NCBI RefSeq assembly: GCF_963921235.1
Contig: NC_086108.1
Coordinates: 88,414,001 to 88,478,000, forward strand
Direction of reading: 5' to 3'
Length of the DNA: 64,000 nucleotides
Origin: Mobula hypostoma
Lineage: Eukaryota
Part shown: piece after piece, positions 26,001 through 41,000 of the stretch
Position numbering within the stretch: position 1 is the stretch's first letter
Layout of the letters: each line of letters opens with the position of its first letter
Translations under genes and position numbers: made by a program
Notes under the pieces: model-generated
What the model was told of the DNA's origin: nothing
The model's database searches: none
Seen by the model: the letters and a program-made list of their open reading frames with translations, nothing else

Positions 26001-29000
26001 ATCAGGAACAATCTTCCTGCATCTAGCCTGTCCAATCCCTTTAGAATTTTATACGTTTCAATAAGATCCCCCCTCAATCTTCTAAATTCCAGTAAGTATA
26101 AGCCTAGTCGATCCAGTCTTTCATCATATGAAAGTCCTGCCATCCCAGGAATCAATCTGGTGAACCTTCTTTGTACTCCCTCTATGGCAAGGACGTCTTT
26201 CCTCAGATTAGGGGACCAAAACTGCACACAATACTCCAGGTGTGGTCTCACCAAGGCCTTGTACAATTGCAGTGGTACCTCCCTGCTCCTGTACTCGAAT
26301 CCTCTCGCTATAAATGCCAGCATACCATTCTTTTCAACTGCCTGCTGTACCTGCATGCCCACTTTCAATGACTGGTGTATAATGACACCCAGGTCTTGTT
26401 GCACCTCCCCTTTTCCTAATCGGCCACTATTCAGATAATAATCTGTTTTCCTGTTTTTGCCACCAAAGTGGATAACCTGACATTTATCCACATTAAACTT
26501 GCCCATTCAGCTAACCTATCCAAGTCACCCTGCATTCTCTTAGCATCCTCCTCACAGCTAACACTGCCACCCAACTTCATGTCATCCGCAAACTTGGAGA
26601 TGCTGCGTTTAATTCCCTCGTCTAAGTCATTAATATACATTGTAAACAACTGGGGTCCCAGCATTGATCCTTGCGGTACCCCACTAGTCACTGCCTGCCA
26701 TTCTGAAAAGGTCCCATTTATTCCCACTATTTACTTCCTGTCTGCCAACCAATTCTCTATCCACATCAATACCATACCCCCAATACTGTGTACTTTAAGT
26801 TTGCACACTAATCTCCTGTGTGGAACCTTGTCAAAAGCCTTTTGAAAATCCAAATATACCACATCCACTGGTTCTTCCCTATCCACTCTAGTAGTTACAT
26901 CCTCAAAAAATTCTATGAGATTCGTCAGACATGATTTTACTTTCACAAATCCATGCTGACTTTGTCAGATGATTTCACCGCTTTCCAAATGTGCTGTTAT
27001 CACATCTTTGATAACTGACTCTAGCATTTTCCCCACCACCGATGTCAGGCTAGCCGGTCTATAATTCCCCAGTTTCTCTCTCCTTCATTTTTTAAAAAGC
27101 GGGGTTACGTTAGCCACCCTCCAATCCTCAGGAACTAGTCCAGAATCTAAAGAGTTTTGAAAAATTATCACTAATGCATCCACTATTTCTTGGGCTACTT
27201 CCTTAAGCACTCTGGGATGCAGACCATCTGGCCCTGGGGATTTATCTGCCCTTAATCCCTTCAATTTACCAACACCACTTCCCTACTAACATGTATTTCC
27301 CTCAGTTCCTCTATCTCACTAGACCCTCTGTCTCCTACTATTTCCGAAAGATTATTTATGTCCTGCTTAGTGAAGACAGAACCAAAGTAGTTATTCAATT
27401 GGTCTGCCATGTCCTTGTCCCTCATGATCAATTCACCTGTTTCTGACTGTAAGGGACCTACATTTGCCTTAACCAATCTTTTTCTTTTCACATATCTATA
27501 AAAGCTTTTACAGTCAGTTTTTATGTTCCCTGCCAGTTTTCTCTCATAATCTTTTTTCCCTTTCCTAATTAAGCCCTTTGTCCTCCTCTGCTGGACTCTG
27601 AATTTCTCCCAGTCCTCAGGTGTGTCGCTTTTTCTGGCTAATTTGTATGTTTCTTCTTTGGAATTGATACTATCCCTAATTTCCCTTGTCAGCCACAGGT
27701 GCACTACCTTCCCTGGTTTATTCTTTTGCCAAACTGGGATGAACAATTGTTGTAGTTCATCCATGCGATCTTTAAATGCTTGCCATTGCATATCCATCGT
27801 CAACCCTTTAAGTATCATTTGCCAGTCTACCTTAGCTAATTCACGTCTCATACCTTCAAAGTTACCCCTCTTTAAGTTCAGAACCTTTGTTTCTGAATTA
27901 ACTATGTCACTCTCCTTCTTAGTAGAATTCCACCATATTATGGTCACTCTTACCCAAGGGGCCTTTCACGACAAAATTGCTAATTAACCATTCCTCATTG
28001 CTCAATACCCAGTCTAGAATAGCCTGCTCTCTAGTTGGTTCCTCGACATGTTGGTTCAGAAAACCATCCCGCATACATTCCAAGAAATCCTCTTCCTCAG
28101 CAGCCTTATCAATTTGGTTCACCCAATCTATATGTAGATTGAAGTCACCCATTATAACTGCTGTTCCTTTATTGCATGTATTTCTAATTTCATGTTTAAT
28201 GCCATCCCCAACCTCACTACTACTGTTAGGTGGTCTGTACACAACTCCCACCAGCGTTTTCTGCCCCTTAGCGTTATGCAGCTCTACCCATATCGATTCC
28301 ACATCCTCCCGGCTAATGTCCTTCCTTTCTATTGCGTTAATCTCCTCTCTAACCAGCAATGCTACCCCACCTCCTTTTCTTTCATGTCTATCCCTCCTGA
28401 AAATTGAATATCCCTGAATGTTGAGCTCCCATCCTTGGCCACCCTAGAGCCATGTCTCTGTGATCCCAACTATATCATATTCATTAATAACTCTCTGCAC
28501 TTTCAATTCATCCACCTTGTTACGAATGTCCCTTGCATTGACACACAAAGCCTTCAGGCTTGCTTTTACAACACTCTTAGCCCTTTTACAATTATGTTGA
28601 AAAGTGGCCCTTTTTGATTTTTGCCCTGAATTTGCCTGCATGCCACTTTTACTTTTCACCTTACTACTTTTTGCTTCTACCCTCATTTTACACCCCTCTG
28701 TCTCTCTGCACTTATTCCCATCCCCCTGCCACATTAGTTTAAATCCTCCTGAACAACAGTAGCAAATGCTTCCCCTAGGACATTGGTTCCAGTCCAGCCC
28801 AGGTGCAGACCATCCTGTTTGTACCAGTCCCACCTCCTGCAGAACTGGTTCCAGTGTCCCAGAAATTTGAATCCCTCCCCCTTGCACCATGTTTCAAACC
28901 ACGTATTCATCTGAAATATCCTCCTATTTCTACTCTGACTAGCACGTGGCACTGGTAGTAATCCAGAGATCATTACCTATGTGGTCCTACTTTTTAGTTT

Positions 29001-32000
29001 ATCTCTAACTCCCTAAATTCACCTTGTAGGACCTCATCCTGTTTTTTCACCTATATCATTGGTACCTATGTGCACCACGACCACTGGCTGTTCACCCTCC
29101 CACTCCAGAATGTCCTGTAGCCACTCAGTGACATCCTTGACCCTTGCACCAGGGAGGCAACATACCCTCCTGGAGTCTCGTTTGCGGCCGCAGAAACGCC
29201 TATCTATTCCCCTTACAATTGAATCCCCTATCACTATAGCTCTCCCACTCCTTTTCCTTCCCTCCTGTGCCGCAGAGCCAGCCATGGTGCCGTGAACTCG
29301 GCTGCTGCTGCCTTCCCCTGATGAGACATCTCCCCCAACAGTATCCAAAACAGTATATCTGTTTAGGAGGGAGATGACCTCAGAGGACTCCTGCACTACC
29401 TGCCTACTGCTACGCTGTCTTGTGGCCACCCATTCCCTTTCTGCCTGTGTAGTCTTTACCTGTGGTGTGGCCAACTCACTGAACGTGCTATTCACGACTT
29501 TCTCAGCATCGCGGATGCTCCAGTATGAATCCAGTCGCAGCTCCAGCTGCTCAATGTGGTCTGCCAGAAGCCGCAGCTGGACACATTTCCTGCACACATA
29601 GTCGTCAGGGACACTGGAAGTATCCCTGATTTCTCACATGCTGCAGGATGAACAAACCACGGGGCCGATCTCAGCTGTCATGAACTACCCAATACGCTAC
29701 AGCCTCGCCGCCTTCCTTGCTTCAAATAAAATACCGCTGCAGACCGTTCTCTTTTTCCAATACGAGGGGTGATTGATAAGTTCGTGGCCTAAGGTAGAAG
29801 GAGTCAATTTTAGAAAACCTAGCACATCTATTTTTCCTAGATTTACACACTTAGTCCAGTGGTGGTGGAGCATACAGATCCCTTCTTTGTAGAAGTCAGC
29901 GTCTTGGACCTCTAGAAGTGGTCCACAGCAGACGTGATTGATAAGTTCGTGGCCTAAGGTAGCTGGAGATGAGTTATTAACTTCAAACATTCTGAATTTT
30001 CATTCAAAGTGTTGAACTGCACGTGCATGTAACGAGAGCTGTATAACTCATCTCCTTCTACCTCAGGCCACAAACTTAATAATCACCGCTGCTGTGGACC
30101 ACTTCTACAAAGAGGGGATCCGTATGCTCCACAACCGCTGGACTAAGTGTGTACATGTAGGAGGGGACTATGTTGAAAAATAAATATGCTAGGTTTTCTA
30201 AAATTGACTCCTTCTACCTTAGGCCACAAACTTATCAATCACCCTCGTAGGTCAAAGTGGGAGAGGGATAGAGCAATAAAATGATAGGTGACTGGGAGCT
30301 CAGGGTCACCACTGCAGACTGCTTTTGATGGAAGCACAGAATGCAAATTCACATGGGGGTAGGCTTGAGTGAGTAAGGGCAGTAGAAAATTTAAAATAAT
30401 CAATGTTGCACAGCCAGTTAATAAAGAATAAATCTTGAGACAGGAGCAGTTTGGTTAGCAGAAAATACAAAGGAATTTAATATCACTTAAAATATCTACT
30501 TTTTTGATATTTCAAATGTCATTAAAGGATGTTTTTCAAGTTCAGGTTCAACTTCAAGTTTATTTTCATTCATCCATACACATGTATAGAGCTAAATGAA
30601 ATAATGTTTTTCAGGGACCAAGGTGTAAAACACAGTACAAGTATCAGATATAGCACATAAAATAAAATTAACACAATAATATTAATAAATAAATAAAGTA
30701 TTCTGTAGATGTACAATTTGACATAAAGTGCATGTACAACATAGAGTTAAATAAACAACAGTATTACAGTTACTGGTGCCGTCATAAATAATGTTTACTG
30801 GGTGGTAGCAAGGTGTTTAGAAGTCTCACATTCTGGGAAAAGAAGCTGTTATCCAGACAACAGTCCTTGTTCTTATACTACAGTACCTTCTATCTGATGG
30901 TAGGAGGTTAAAGAGATTGTGGGACGGATGGGAGATGTCCTTGACAATGCTGAGGGTTCTGTGAATGCAATGTTTCTGATGTACATATGCCCTGGATGGA
31001 GTGGAGAAGGAGACCCTGATGACTCTCTCAGCAGTCCTCACAATCCATTGTAGGGTCTACGGTCAGATACCTTGCAATTCCCATAGCAGCTGGTCAGGAC
31101 ACTGTCAGTGGTGCTCTGGTAGAATGTGGTTAGAACGGGGTTGGGGAGGCTTCACCTGTCTTAATTTCCTCAGAATGCCAGAACACTGCTGAGCTTTCTT
31201 CACTAAAGAGGTGATGCTAAGGGACCAAGTGAGATGTGCACTCCAAGGCTTTATGTGCTTGGGCTCTATGTCTCAATTTTATTGAAACTGAGTAGTTTCT
31301 CGGACTGTTCAATATGGATGAAATGTTAGTCATCACCTCAATTTTCTGTTTCCGTGATTACATTGCAGCTAAATATGCAGCAATAGTAAATATAACTTGT
31401 TTTTGTTTCTATTTAAAATCTACTTTATCGCTCCTATTATTATCCTTAATATCCTTTTCTATAACCATTATCAACATAATTTTAATATGTGTATACTGAA
31501 TGAAATAACTATAACTTTTAATGCCCTTATTCGTTCACATGAAAGTTTACATATGTCTAATTGTATATATCCACCTGAGAGTCCATAATCTGAAATTACC
31601 CTTGGTGGTTTATTAATCTATTGTAAACCATATTATTTTTGCAGAGCAGAGGAATATCATATTCATTTGGATTTAACCCTACTTACTGATACTGAATTGC
31701 ATTTCCCAAGTCTCACAAATGTACCATGTTTAAAAGATCCATAAATCTTCATGGCAGCAGCCACAGAAGATCATAAATCAATAAAATTACTAGATTCTAT
31801 AATTGCCCCAATTCTCACCTTTCCATTATGGCCTTTAAGATTAATCAGGTTTTCAAATGTGGTTGTAGAATAAATATGAATAACATTTCCATTTACAACA
31901 GCAAATAGGTGTCCACCATGACTGAAGGAACACTAAAAAAAAGCAGAAAAAATTAAGTTCCATGACAATAACAGTACAGTAGATTACAAATGACAAAATG

Positions 32001-35000
32001 ATTCGAGTTATTAATTTCATTTATTTGTTATGATCTGGGTTGTGAAAGAAGGATAGACATTTATTGCCCGCATGATATATCCTCAAGAACTTGGTTAGCA
32101 CAGCACAGTGTGGCATTCTGAATGAATCACAGCATCTGCCCTGAATCACTTCAGGCAATAAAATTTTACTGTGAAAAGAACAATGATATTTTTCATACTA
32201 TCCTGGCACCTCGAAGGCTCCTGTTGATTCTACGTTCAACTACTTTCATTATTGAGCAAATTAATGTGAGGATCCAAGGAAAAGGTGAATAACCCTGGAC
32301 TCCTGGAATCCATCACTTTAGTACTGGCCACTAAAATTGTCTGGCAATGTGGATTCCCTCAGAACAAAGCTGTCTTCCCAGAAATGTAATGCTCACTATG
32401 ATGGAATTTTCACATTATCTTGAACCATCTGCAAATTGAGGGAGTGGAAATGTTTCCTTTCCAGCAAAGGGTCCAGGGTTTTAAGGGGATCCCTTCTGGG
32501 TATACCGGCAGTCAATGTTTTCCTGTACTTATGGGAAACCAACAATGATGAGAGAAAAATAGGCATCGCAAATGTCTGGGCAATTTTATTTTTGAAATGA
32601 AATAAATACGTCACTAAATAATGAAATATCAATGCAAGTGATTTGACTAGGATGTCATGTTGCAGCTATGAAAACATTGGTGAAGTCACACTTGGTGCTA
32701 TGTACAGTTCTGATCTTAATTAAAATTAATTCAGAATATACCAAAGCTACTTAAAATCACTCTTGTTAATTAGTTGACAGCATATTGTTTGAGTTTTGTG
32801 ATTCTTGAAATTAGGGTAAGAATTGAGTGGTAGAAATGATGGTATAAAAACACAGATTACAATAGTCACAGATTTTAATTTTATCATTAAAAAAGACCAA
32901 GGAAGTTCAAGTCTTATAATAAAAACAAATCTGTCTTGTTCAGCCATCCCATTTTTTTGTATTGAATTGATCTTTTGAGACAAGTTGGAAACAGATAACT
33001 TGTTAGAAATTATCTTTAATATCATACTTTATTCTAACAACATCATCAATAGGATACAGACCTCTCGACAGCTGCGAATTGTGAATTCTTTGAAAGATCG
33101 GATATCATCAATTAGAAGATTCATAAGCCGTAGCTTGTCAGAAAATCCAACAAGAATAAACAGACCAGATGGGTGCAAAGCAACACTGTATGCCTCTTCC
33201 TGGAACTCCTTATAAAGCTCCAAAGCACTAGAAGAAAGAATAAACACAAATAAAAATAATTATTTAAAAAATACTGAGAAGGAGTTCACCCAGACCTAAT
33301 CATGTGATAACGGTATTTAGCTCACAGTATATTAAACAATGGATTGTTTTATTCCAGACGAAGTCTATAAATTTTATTACATAGTTTTATTCAATACCAA
33401 AGAGAATTTTATTCAAACTGGAATACTAAACACAGTGGTGTATTTAGTATTCCAGTACCATATTTTAGTTCCACATTGTAGCATAAACACAAGAAATAGG
33501 AGCAGGTGCAGCTCACAGCTTGAAGGCAGGTTTTTGTACTGACATTTACCATGTGAGATTTCCATGTGCCAGCACTACTAGTCATGCAGGGAGATATCAG
33601 ACAGCAAGTAATATTTATCTCGAAGTCATTTGCACTAAGATGGGCGTGTTAAGGCAGAGGTCTCAAACTCTAAACGTGCCTGTAACCCGGGGAAGACCCG
33701 TCACATTGAAGGGGAATATGGAGGTTCCAGCTTCTTCCTGCTAAGGTCTTGTTTGTGTGATTTTCCCAGCTTTCAGTTCCATAGCATGCCACACCACCCC
33801 CAAAGTCTTCTGTGTATTATAATAGTCATAGTCATACTTTATTGATCCCAGGGGGAAATTGGTTTTCGTTACAGTTGCACCATAAATAATAAATAGTAAT
33901 AGAACATAAATAGTTAAATAGTAATATGTAAATTATGCCAGTAAATTATGAAATAAATCCAGGACCAGCCTATTGGCTCAGGGTGTCTGACCCTCCAAGG
34001 GAGGAGTTGTAAAGTTTGATGGCCACAGGCAAGAATGACTTCCTATGATGCTCTGTGCTGCATCTTGGTGGAATGAGTCTCTGGCTGAATGTACTCCTGT
34101 GCCCACCCAGTACATTATGTAGTGGATGGGAGACATTGACCAAGATAGCATGCAACTTAGACAGCATCCTCTTTTCAGACACCACCGTGAGAGAGTCCAG
34201 TTCCATCCCCACAACATCACTGGCCTTACAAATGAGTTTGTTGATTCTGTTGGTGTCTGCTACCCTCAGCCTGCTGCCCCAGCAAACATGATAGCACTGG
34301 CCACCACAGACTCGTAGAACATCCTCAGCATCATCCGGCAGATGTTAAAGGACCTCAGTCTCCTCAGGAAATAGAGACGGCTCTGACCCTTCTTGTAGAC
34401 AGCCTCAGTGTTCTTTGACCAGTCCAGTTTATTGTCAATTCGTTATCCCCAGGTACTTGTAATCGTCCACCACGTCCACACTGACCTCCTGGTCTTTAGC
34501 TTCTTAGTCTTTTTCACATTAAGCTGCAGATAATTCTGCTCACATCATGTGACAAAGTTTCCTACCATAGCCCTATACTCAACATCATCTCCCTTGCTTT
34601 CTTTCTTTTTAAATCTTTTTATTGAATAAGTATACAAAAAGGTAAGCCATATAGGCACTAATACACTGTTAGAATATAATAAAATTACAGGAGATATTAA
34701 TACAAAAAAAATGATACAAACAATGTAATTTAAACATAACTTACTAAGGTAACATAATAGTATACTAATTTATATATATATATATCAATAAAGAAAAAGA
34801 AAAAAAACCCACTGTGCAACTAACTAAAAGCAAAGCAAAGCAATGGTCTAACTTGGAACCAAGCAGAGTTAAAAAACTTAAAATCACGTCCTCAATCCCG
34901 ACCTCCATTAAAAACAGTAAAAAAAAAACAAGAAGGGTATATAAATATGGAGCAAAAAAAAGAGGAGAAAAAAAAATTACATTAAATGAAAATATTGAAT

Positions 35001-38000
35001 AAAAAATCTCCAGGTCTGTTCAAATTTAAGTGAGGAATCATAAAGATTGCTTCTAATTTTCTCCAAATTCAAGCATAATATCGTCTGAGAAAACCAAAAA
35101 AAGGTAGTTGGAGCATTAAGCTCTTTCCAATGTTGTAAGATACATCTTTTCGCCATTAAAGTAAGAAATGCAATCATTCTACGGGCTGAAGGAGAAAGAT
35201 TACTGGAAATTTTAGGTAGTCCAAAGATAGCAGTAATAGGGTGAGGAGAGATATCTATATTCAATACCTTGGAGATAATATTAAAAATGTCTCTCCAAAA
35301 AGTTTCCAGAGTAGGACAAGACCAAAACATATGAATTAAAGAGGCTATCTGCCCCAGACATTTATCACAAAAAGGATTAATATGAGAATAAACATCATCT
35401 CCCTTGCTGATGCATCCAACTATGGCAGTCATCCGAAAACTTTCTAAGATGACAAGACTCTGTGCAGTAGTTGAAGTCTGAGGTGTAAATGGTGAAGAGA
35501 ACGGGAGACAAGACAGTCCCCTGTGGAGCCCCAGTGCTGCTGATCACTCTATCGGACGCACAGTGTTGCAAGCACACATACTGTGGTCTGCCAGTCAGGT
35601 AGTCAAGAGTCCATGATACCAGGGAAGCATCCACCTACATTGCTGTCAGCTTCTCCCCCATCCTTTAGCATTTCCTTAACAGGTACTCCCTGTAATATCA
35701 CTTCCTTGTCCAAACCCCCCAGAATAATCATTGTTCATATACAAATCATTCTTCTGATCGATTCTCTTGTAATTCTCTCTACTTTTTGTACTATTGTCCA
35801 TCTGCTTGTAGATATCTTCTCTCTGAGCTTCTTTACCAACCCATCCCACACCTACATTTACCTTCCAAGCTCTTGTCTGAATGACCTTACTTCACTTTAA
35901 TTGCACATAAACTCAAAGAGGGCAAATAATCCATGTATGTTTTATATTTCTGCTATGTTTAGTGTGCAAAATCCTTAGAACGGTTAAAAGAAATAGAAAG
36001 CATAGGGTAGAGTGGCCTGTAAAATGCTCAAAAGAAAATTATTACTCTTAATTTACATACTGAGTGGTCTACATTTTTTTAGATATTTGCGACAATAGGA
36101 TGGTCACTGAAATAAGTAAAGCCGTATATTATTCTCTATATATTCATATTTTAAACTTCATACTTATTTTCATAGTTCCACAAGCGAACAGATCGATCTA
36201 TAGAGCTGGTGACAAGGAGAGGTTTTCGAATGCAAACATCCAGACCCGTGATTACGTTGGAGTGGAAGGATTGTGAGAGTATTTCAAATTGTGGTATTTC
36301 TCCCTGTTAAAATGTCATAAAATATGCTTTTAAATATGCTGTTAAGTAGAATACAGAAACATCAGCTTCCAAACAGACGGAATGTATGCAGGGCTCTCCT
36401 TCACATGTTCTACCACACTGTTGTTGCCAGTACAATCTCCTATGCAGTGGTGTGCTGGGGGAATGGCATCAACACCGGTGATGCCAACAAAATCAATAAA
36501 CTGATTAGAAAGGCTGGCTCTGTTATTGGAGTCAAGCTAGACACACTAAAGACTGTGGTAGAACAAAGCACCCTCCAGAAAATCCTGGCAATTCTGGACA
36601 ATGTTTCTCACCCTCTACATACCACCTTGACTAAACAGAGGAACACTTTTAGTGATAGACTAAGACAACTGCACTGCTCCAACGAGTGCTATATGGGGTT
36701 ATTCTTAGCCTTAGCCATTAGGCTCTATAATGAGTTAACTGATAGCCAGGGAAGTGGTGACCCCCTCCTGTTAGACTATTTGAGGTAACTTATTTTTTAT
36801 TCTTTCTTACTTCTCTTCTAATATTTGTATATCTGTGCTACCTGTAATGCTACCGTGACGCTAATTTCCTTTGGGATCAATAAAATATCTCTCTGTCTAT
36901 GTTGATAATGCAGTGAAATACCACTGTTGGGCAAATGTTTATAACTTAAATCCGGGAAATTGTGAAGTGATTCACTTTGGAAATTTGAACTTGAATGGAG
37001 AATACAGGGATAATGGCAGGATTCTTAGCAGTGTGAAGGAACAGGGGGACCTTGGGGTTCATATCCATAAATCCCTCAAAGTTGCAGTAGAAGTTGATAA
37101 GATGGTTAAGAAGGTGAATAGTATGTTGGCCTTCATTAGCTGTGTGTTGAGTTCAAGAGCTGCAAGATAATGTTGTAGCTGTATAAAACACTGGTTAGAT
37201 CGCACGTGGAGTATTCTGTTCATTTCTGGTTGTCTCATTATAGGAAGGATGTGGAAGTTTTAGAGAAGGTGCAGAGGAGATTTACCAGGATGATGCCTGG
37301 ATTAGAGAGCATGTCTTATGAGGGTAGATTGAGAGAGCTAGGGCTTTTCTCTTTAGAGAGAAGGAAGATGTGTGATGACTTCAGAGAGATAACAGGCATA
37401 GATAAAGTGGATAGCCAAAGACTTTTCCCAAGGTGGAAATGGCTAATACAAGGGGGCATAAAACTTTAACGTGTTTGGAGAAATTTTAGGGAGGATGTTG
37501 AGGTAGTTTTTTTTATGCAGAGTGGTAGGTGCATGGAATGCACTATCTGGAGTGGTGGCAGAGGCAGATACATTAGAACCATTTTAAAAACTCCTAGGTA
37601 GGCAAATGGATGAAAAAAAAGTAAAGGGCTACGTGGGAGAGTAAGGTTAGATTGATCTTGGAGTACATTAAAGGATTGAACAACATTGTGGGCCAATGGG
37701 TTTGTATGGTGCTATAATGTTCTCTTTTCTATGTTTTATGTTGTATGGTCATTAAATTACCACTTTTGGTATGTATATGTATATATTGTATATATTATAT
37801 TTAGATTTAATTCTGTTCTGTATATTTCTGATTGCTTGTTATTCTTGAGCAGCTTACCTTGCTCATTTCTCCATAAGATAATGTGAGACTATACAGCTGA
37901 TTCTTATTGGTGCCGGCAATTAGAGTCTCTTCTGAAGGGCTAAGACACAGAGTTAAAATTTCTTGTTGTTCTGCTTGGGTTGGATCTGTGCTGAATGGAT

Positions 38001-41000
38001 CTTGTGGAATCTGAAAGAAACAAAGATTTTAGTCCACAAGTTGACATCATTGTTGAACCGTGAGGCAGGGAATGGGGGGCCTGATCCCTCATATGATTAA
38101 ATATTAATATGAGAAGTATCTCATACGACATTGCTAAACAGAAAAGGAATTCATTATCTTTAATATTCTGGGGAAATTTAAGACTGAATTGCTTTGCCAA
38201 TCTGATTCATGCAAGGAGATGAGGATTGTCCATTTGATCCCTATATCAATCTAAGGAAAAGATACCCCCAGGGGTGCCTGAGGGGGTGGGGGGGGGGTCG
38301 GATGAGCACCCCAGTCAGATGGACACAACGACATCAGACCCAGGCAATAAACAAACGACGATGAGGAAGCAGTGTGCATGTGGCAAAATCTGCAAGAACG
38401 ATCGCGGCTTGAAGATCCACCAAGCGAGGATGAAGCGTTTGGCGGGAGCAGGAGCAGCACAACACACAGGTGTCCAACCTGGTGAGACGAAGGAGGGGCC
38501 AGGCCCAGAGTCACTCCATAGTGCCTGGAACCTCCAAGTGTTGCAAACTAATCCCTCGAACATGAAGTCTAACAGGAGGCGGATCAAATGGCCTGCAGCT
38601 AACATGACTTCACTGTGGAAGCAGTTTGATGAAGATGTTAACCAAATTCTGGAGGCAACGGCGAAGGGAGGTGTTGATAGGAAGCTGCAAGCCATGACAA
38701 CAATTATTGTCAGTATCGCAGCTGAACGGTTCGAAGAGGAGAAGGAAGGCTCCAAAATATCTTACTCAAAGAACCAAAGAGCATTGAGGATCCACAACAT
38801 CAGGCAGGAGATGAAAGCGCTGAAGTCCCAATACAAGGAGGCAGGAGAAGAGGAGCAGATTGGCTTGGCCCAGCTGATGTGCACAATACGAAAGAAGATC
38901 AGGGTCCTCCACCGGGCAGAGTGGCATCGGAGGCGGTGTCGTGAAAGGGCCCGAAAAAGTGCTGCCTTTATCGTCAACTCCTTCAAGTTCACCAAGGAAT
39001 TGCTGGGGGAGAAACGCAGTGGGAAACTGGCCTGTTCACAGGAAGACATAGACCAACATCTGAAGAAGATATATAATGATCCTGAAAGAGAGCAGGAGTT
39101 GGGAGAGTGCGACATCCTAATAGACCCACCTGAACCGGATGTGCAGTTCGACATGTCAGAGCTGCAACTAAAGGAAGTCAGAGAGGTCGTCCGCAAAGCA
39201 AGGGCAAGCTCGGCTCCAGGACCAAGCAACACCTCGTACAAAGTGTACAAGAATTGCCCCAAACTCCTGCTGCGTCTGTGGAAGGTCCTGAGAACCTTTT
39301 GGAGAAGGGGGAAGATCCCAGAACAGTGGAGAGTGACTGAAGGGGTGTGGATCCCGAAGGAGGAAAATGCCACCCAGATAGATCAGTTTCACATCATCTC
39401 CCTGCTGTGTGTCGAGGCGAAGATCTTCCTCAGTGCAGTTTCTAACCGGCTGTGCACCTACCTAGCAAAGAACACCTATATTGATACATCAGTCCTGAAG
39501 GGTGGCATTTCAGGGATGCCGGGCTGTCTGGAGCACATCGGTGTGGTGACACAGCTCATCAGGGAGGCCAGAGAGAACAAGGGCAACCTGTCAGTGTTGT
39601 GGCTCGACCTGGCAAATGCATATGGCTCCATTCTGCACAAGCCGGTGCAGCCCACAATGACCAAATATCACGTCCCCAGAAGAATCAGAGACCTTATTGC
39701 TGATTATTACAGCAACGTCAGGATGAGGGTCTCTTCAGGAGCAATTACATCAACCTGGCACAAGGTGGAGATCAGCATCATCACAGGGTGCTCTATCTCA
39801 GTGACACTGTTCTCCCTAGCCATGAACATGCTCACTAAGTCTGCTGAACCAGAGTGCAGAGGGCCCAGAATGAATTCCGCTCAATGGCAACCACCTATCA
39901 GGGCATTCATGGATGACCTCACAGTCACCACAGAATCAGTCCCAGGCTGCCGGAGGATTCTGCAAGGGTTCGAAAAGCTGGTGGAGTCGGCCCGGATGCG
40001 TTTCAAACCTGCCAAATCAAGATCGATGGTGCTGAGGAAAGGGAAGGTGGAGAACAAGTTCCGGTTCAGCATCGCAGGCACAGCCATCCCAACCATCACA
40101 GAAAAGCCAGTCAAGAGCTTAGGCAAAGTTTTTGACAGCTCTTTAAGGGACACAACATCCATTTAGGCAACCTGCACCGAGTTGGATGGCTGGCTGAAAT
40201 CTGTGGACAAGTCTGGCCTACCTGGGAAGTTTAAAGCCTGGCTGTATCAACATGGCATTCTTCCCAGAATCCTGTGGCCCCTCCTCGTCTATGCAGTTAT
40301 GATCTCAACAGTCGAAACCTTAGAGAGGAGGGTTAGCAACCACCTCAGGAGATGGCTGGGGCTGCCAAAGAGCCTGAGCAGCATCACACTCTATGGACAC
40401 CACAACAAACTGCAACTGCCGTTCAAATCCTTGGAGGAAGAGTTCAAGGTAACAAGAGCCAGAGAAGTGCTACAGTATAGGGACTCAAGTGACCCGAAGG
40501 TGGCTAGAGCAGGGATCCAAGTAAGTACTGGCAGGAAGTGGAGGGCAGAGGAAGCTGTTCAGGAGGCAGAGGCGAGGCTGCGTCACAGGAGGCTGGTGGG
40601 AGTGGTCACACGAGGCCGAGCTGCGCTAGGATCCTTTCCAACTCCCCAAATGGACACGAGAGGGAAGGAAAGACGTCGTCTAGTTCAGGAGGAGGTGAGA
40701 GCAGTAGTGGAGGAGATGAGAGCCTGCAAGGTGGTGGGAATGAAGCAACAGGGAGCTTGGACAAGATGGGAGAATGCGGTTGGGAGGAAAGTGACCTGGG
40801 CTGATCTTTGGAAAGCCGAACCACACCGCATCCAATTTCTCATCCAGGCAGTGTACGATGTGCTTCCAAGCCCATCAAACCTGCTGCACACATGGGGCAA
40901 GGCAGAGTCATCTGCGTGCCCACTGTGCTCCAAGCGAGAAACCCTGGAGCACATCCTCAGTGGCTGTGCAAGGGCACTTGGTGAGGGATGGTACAGGTGG

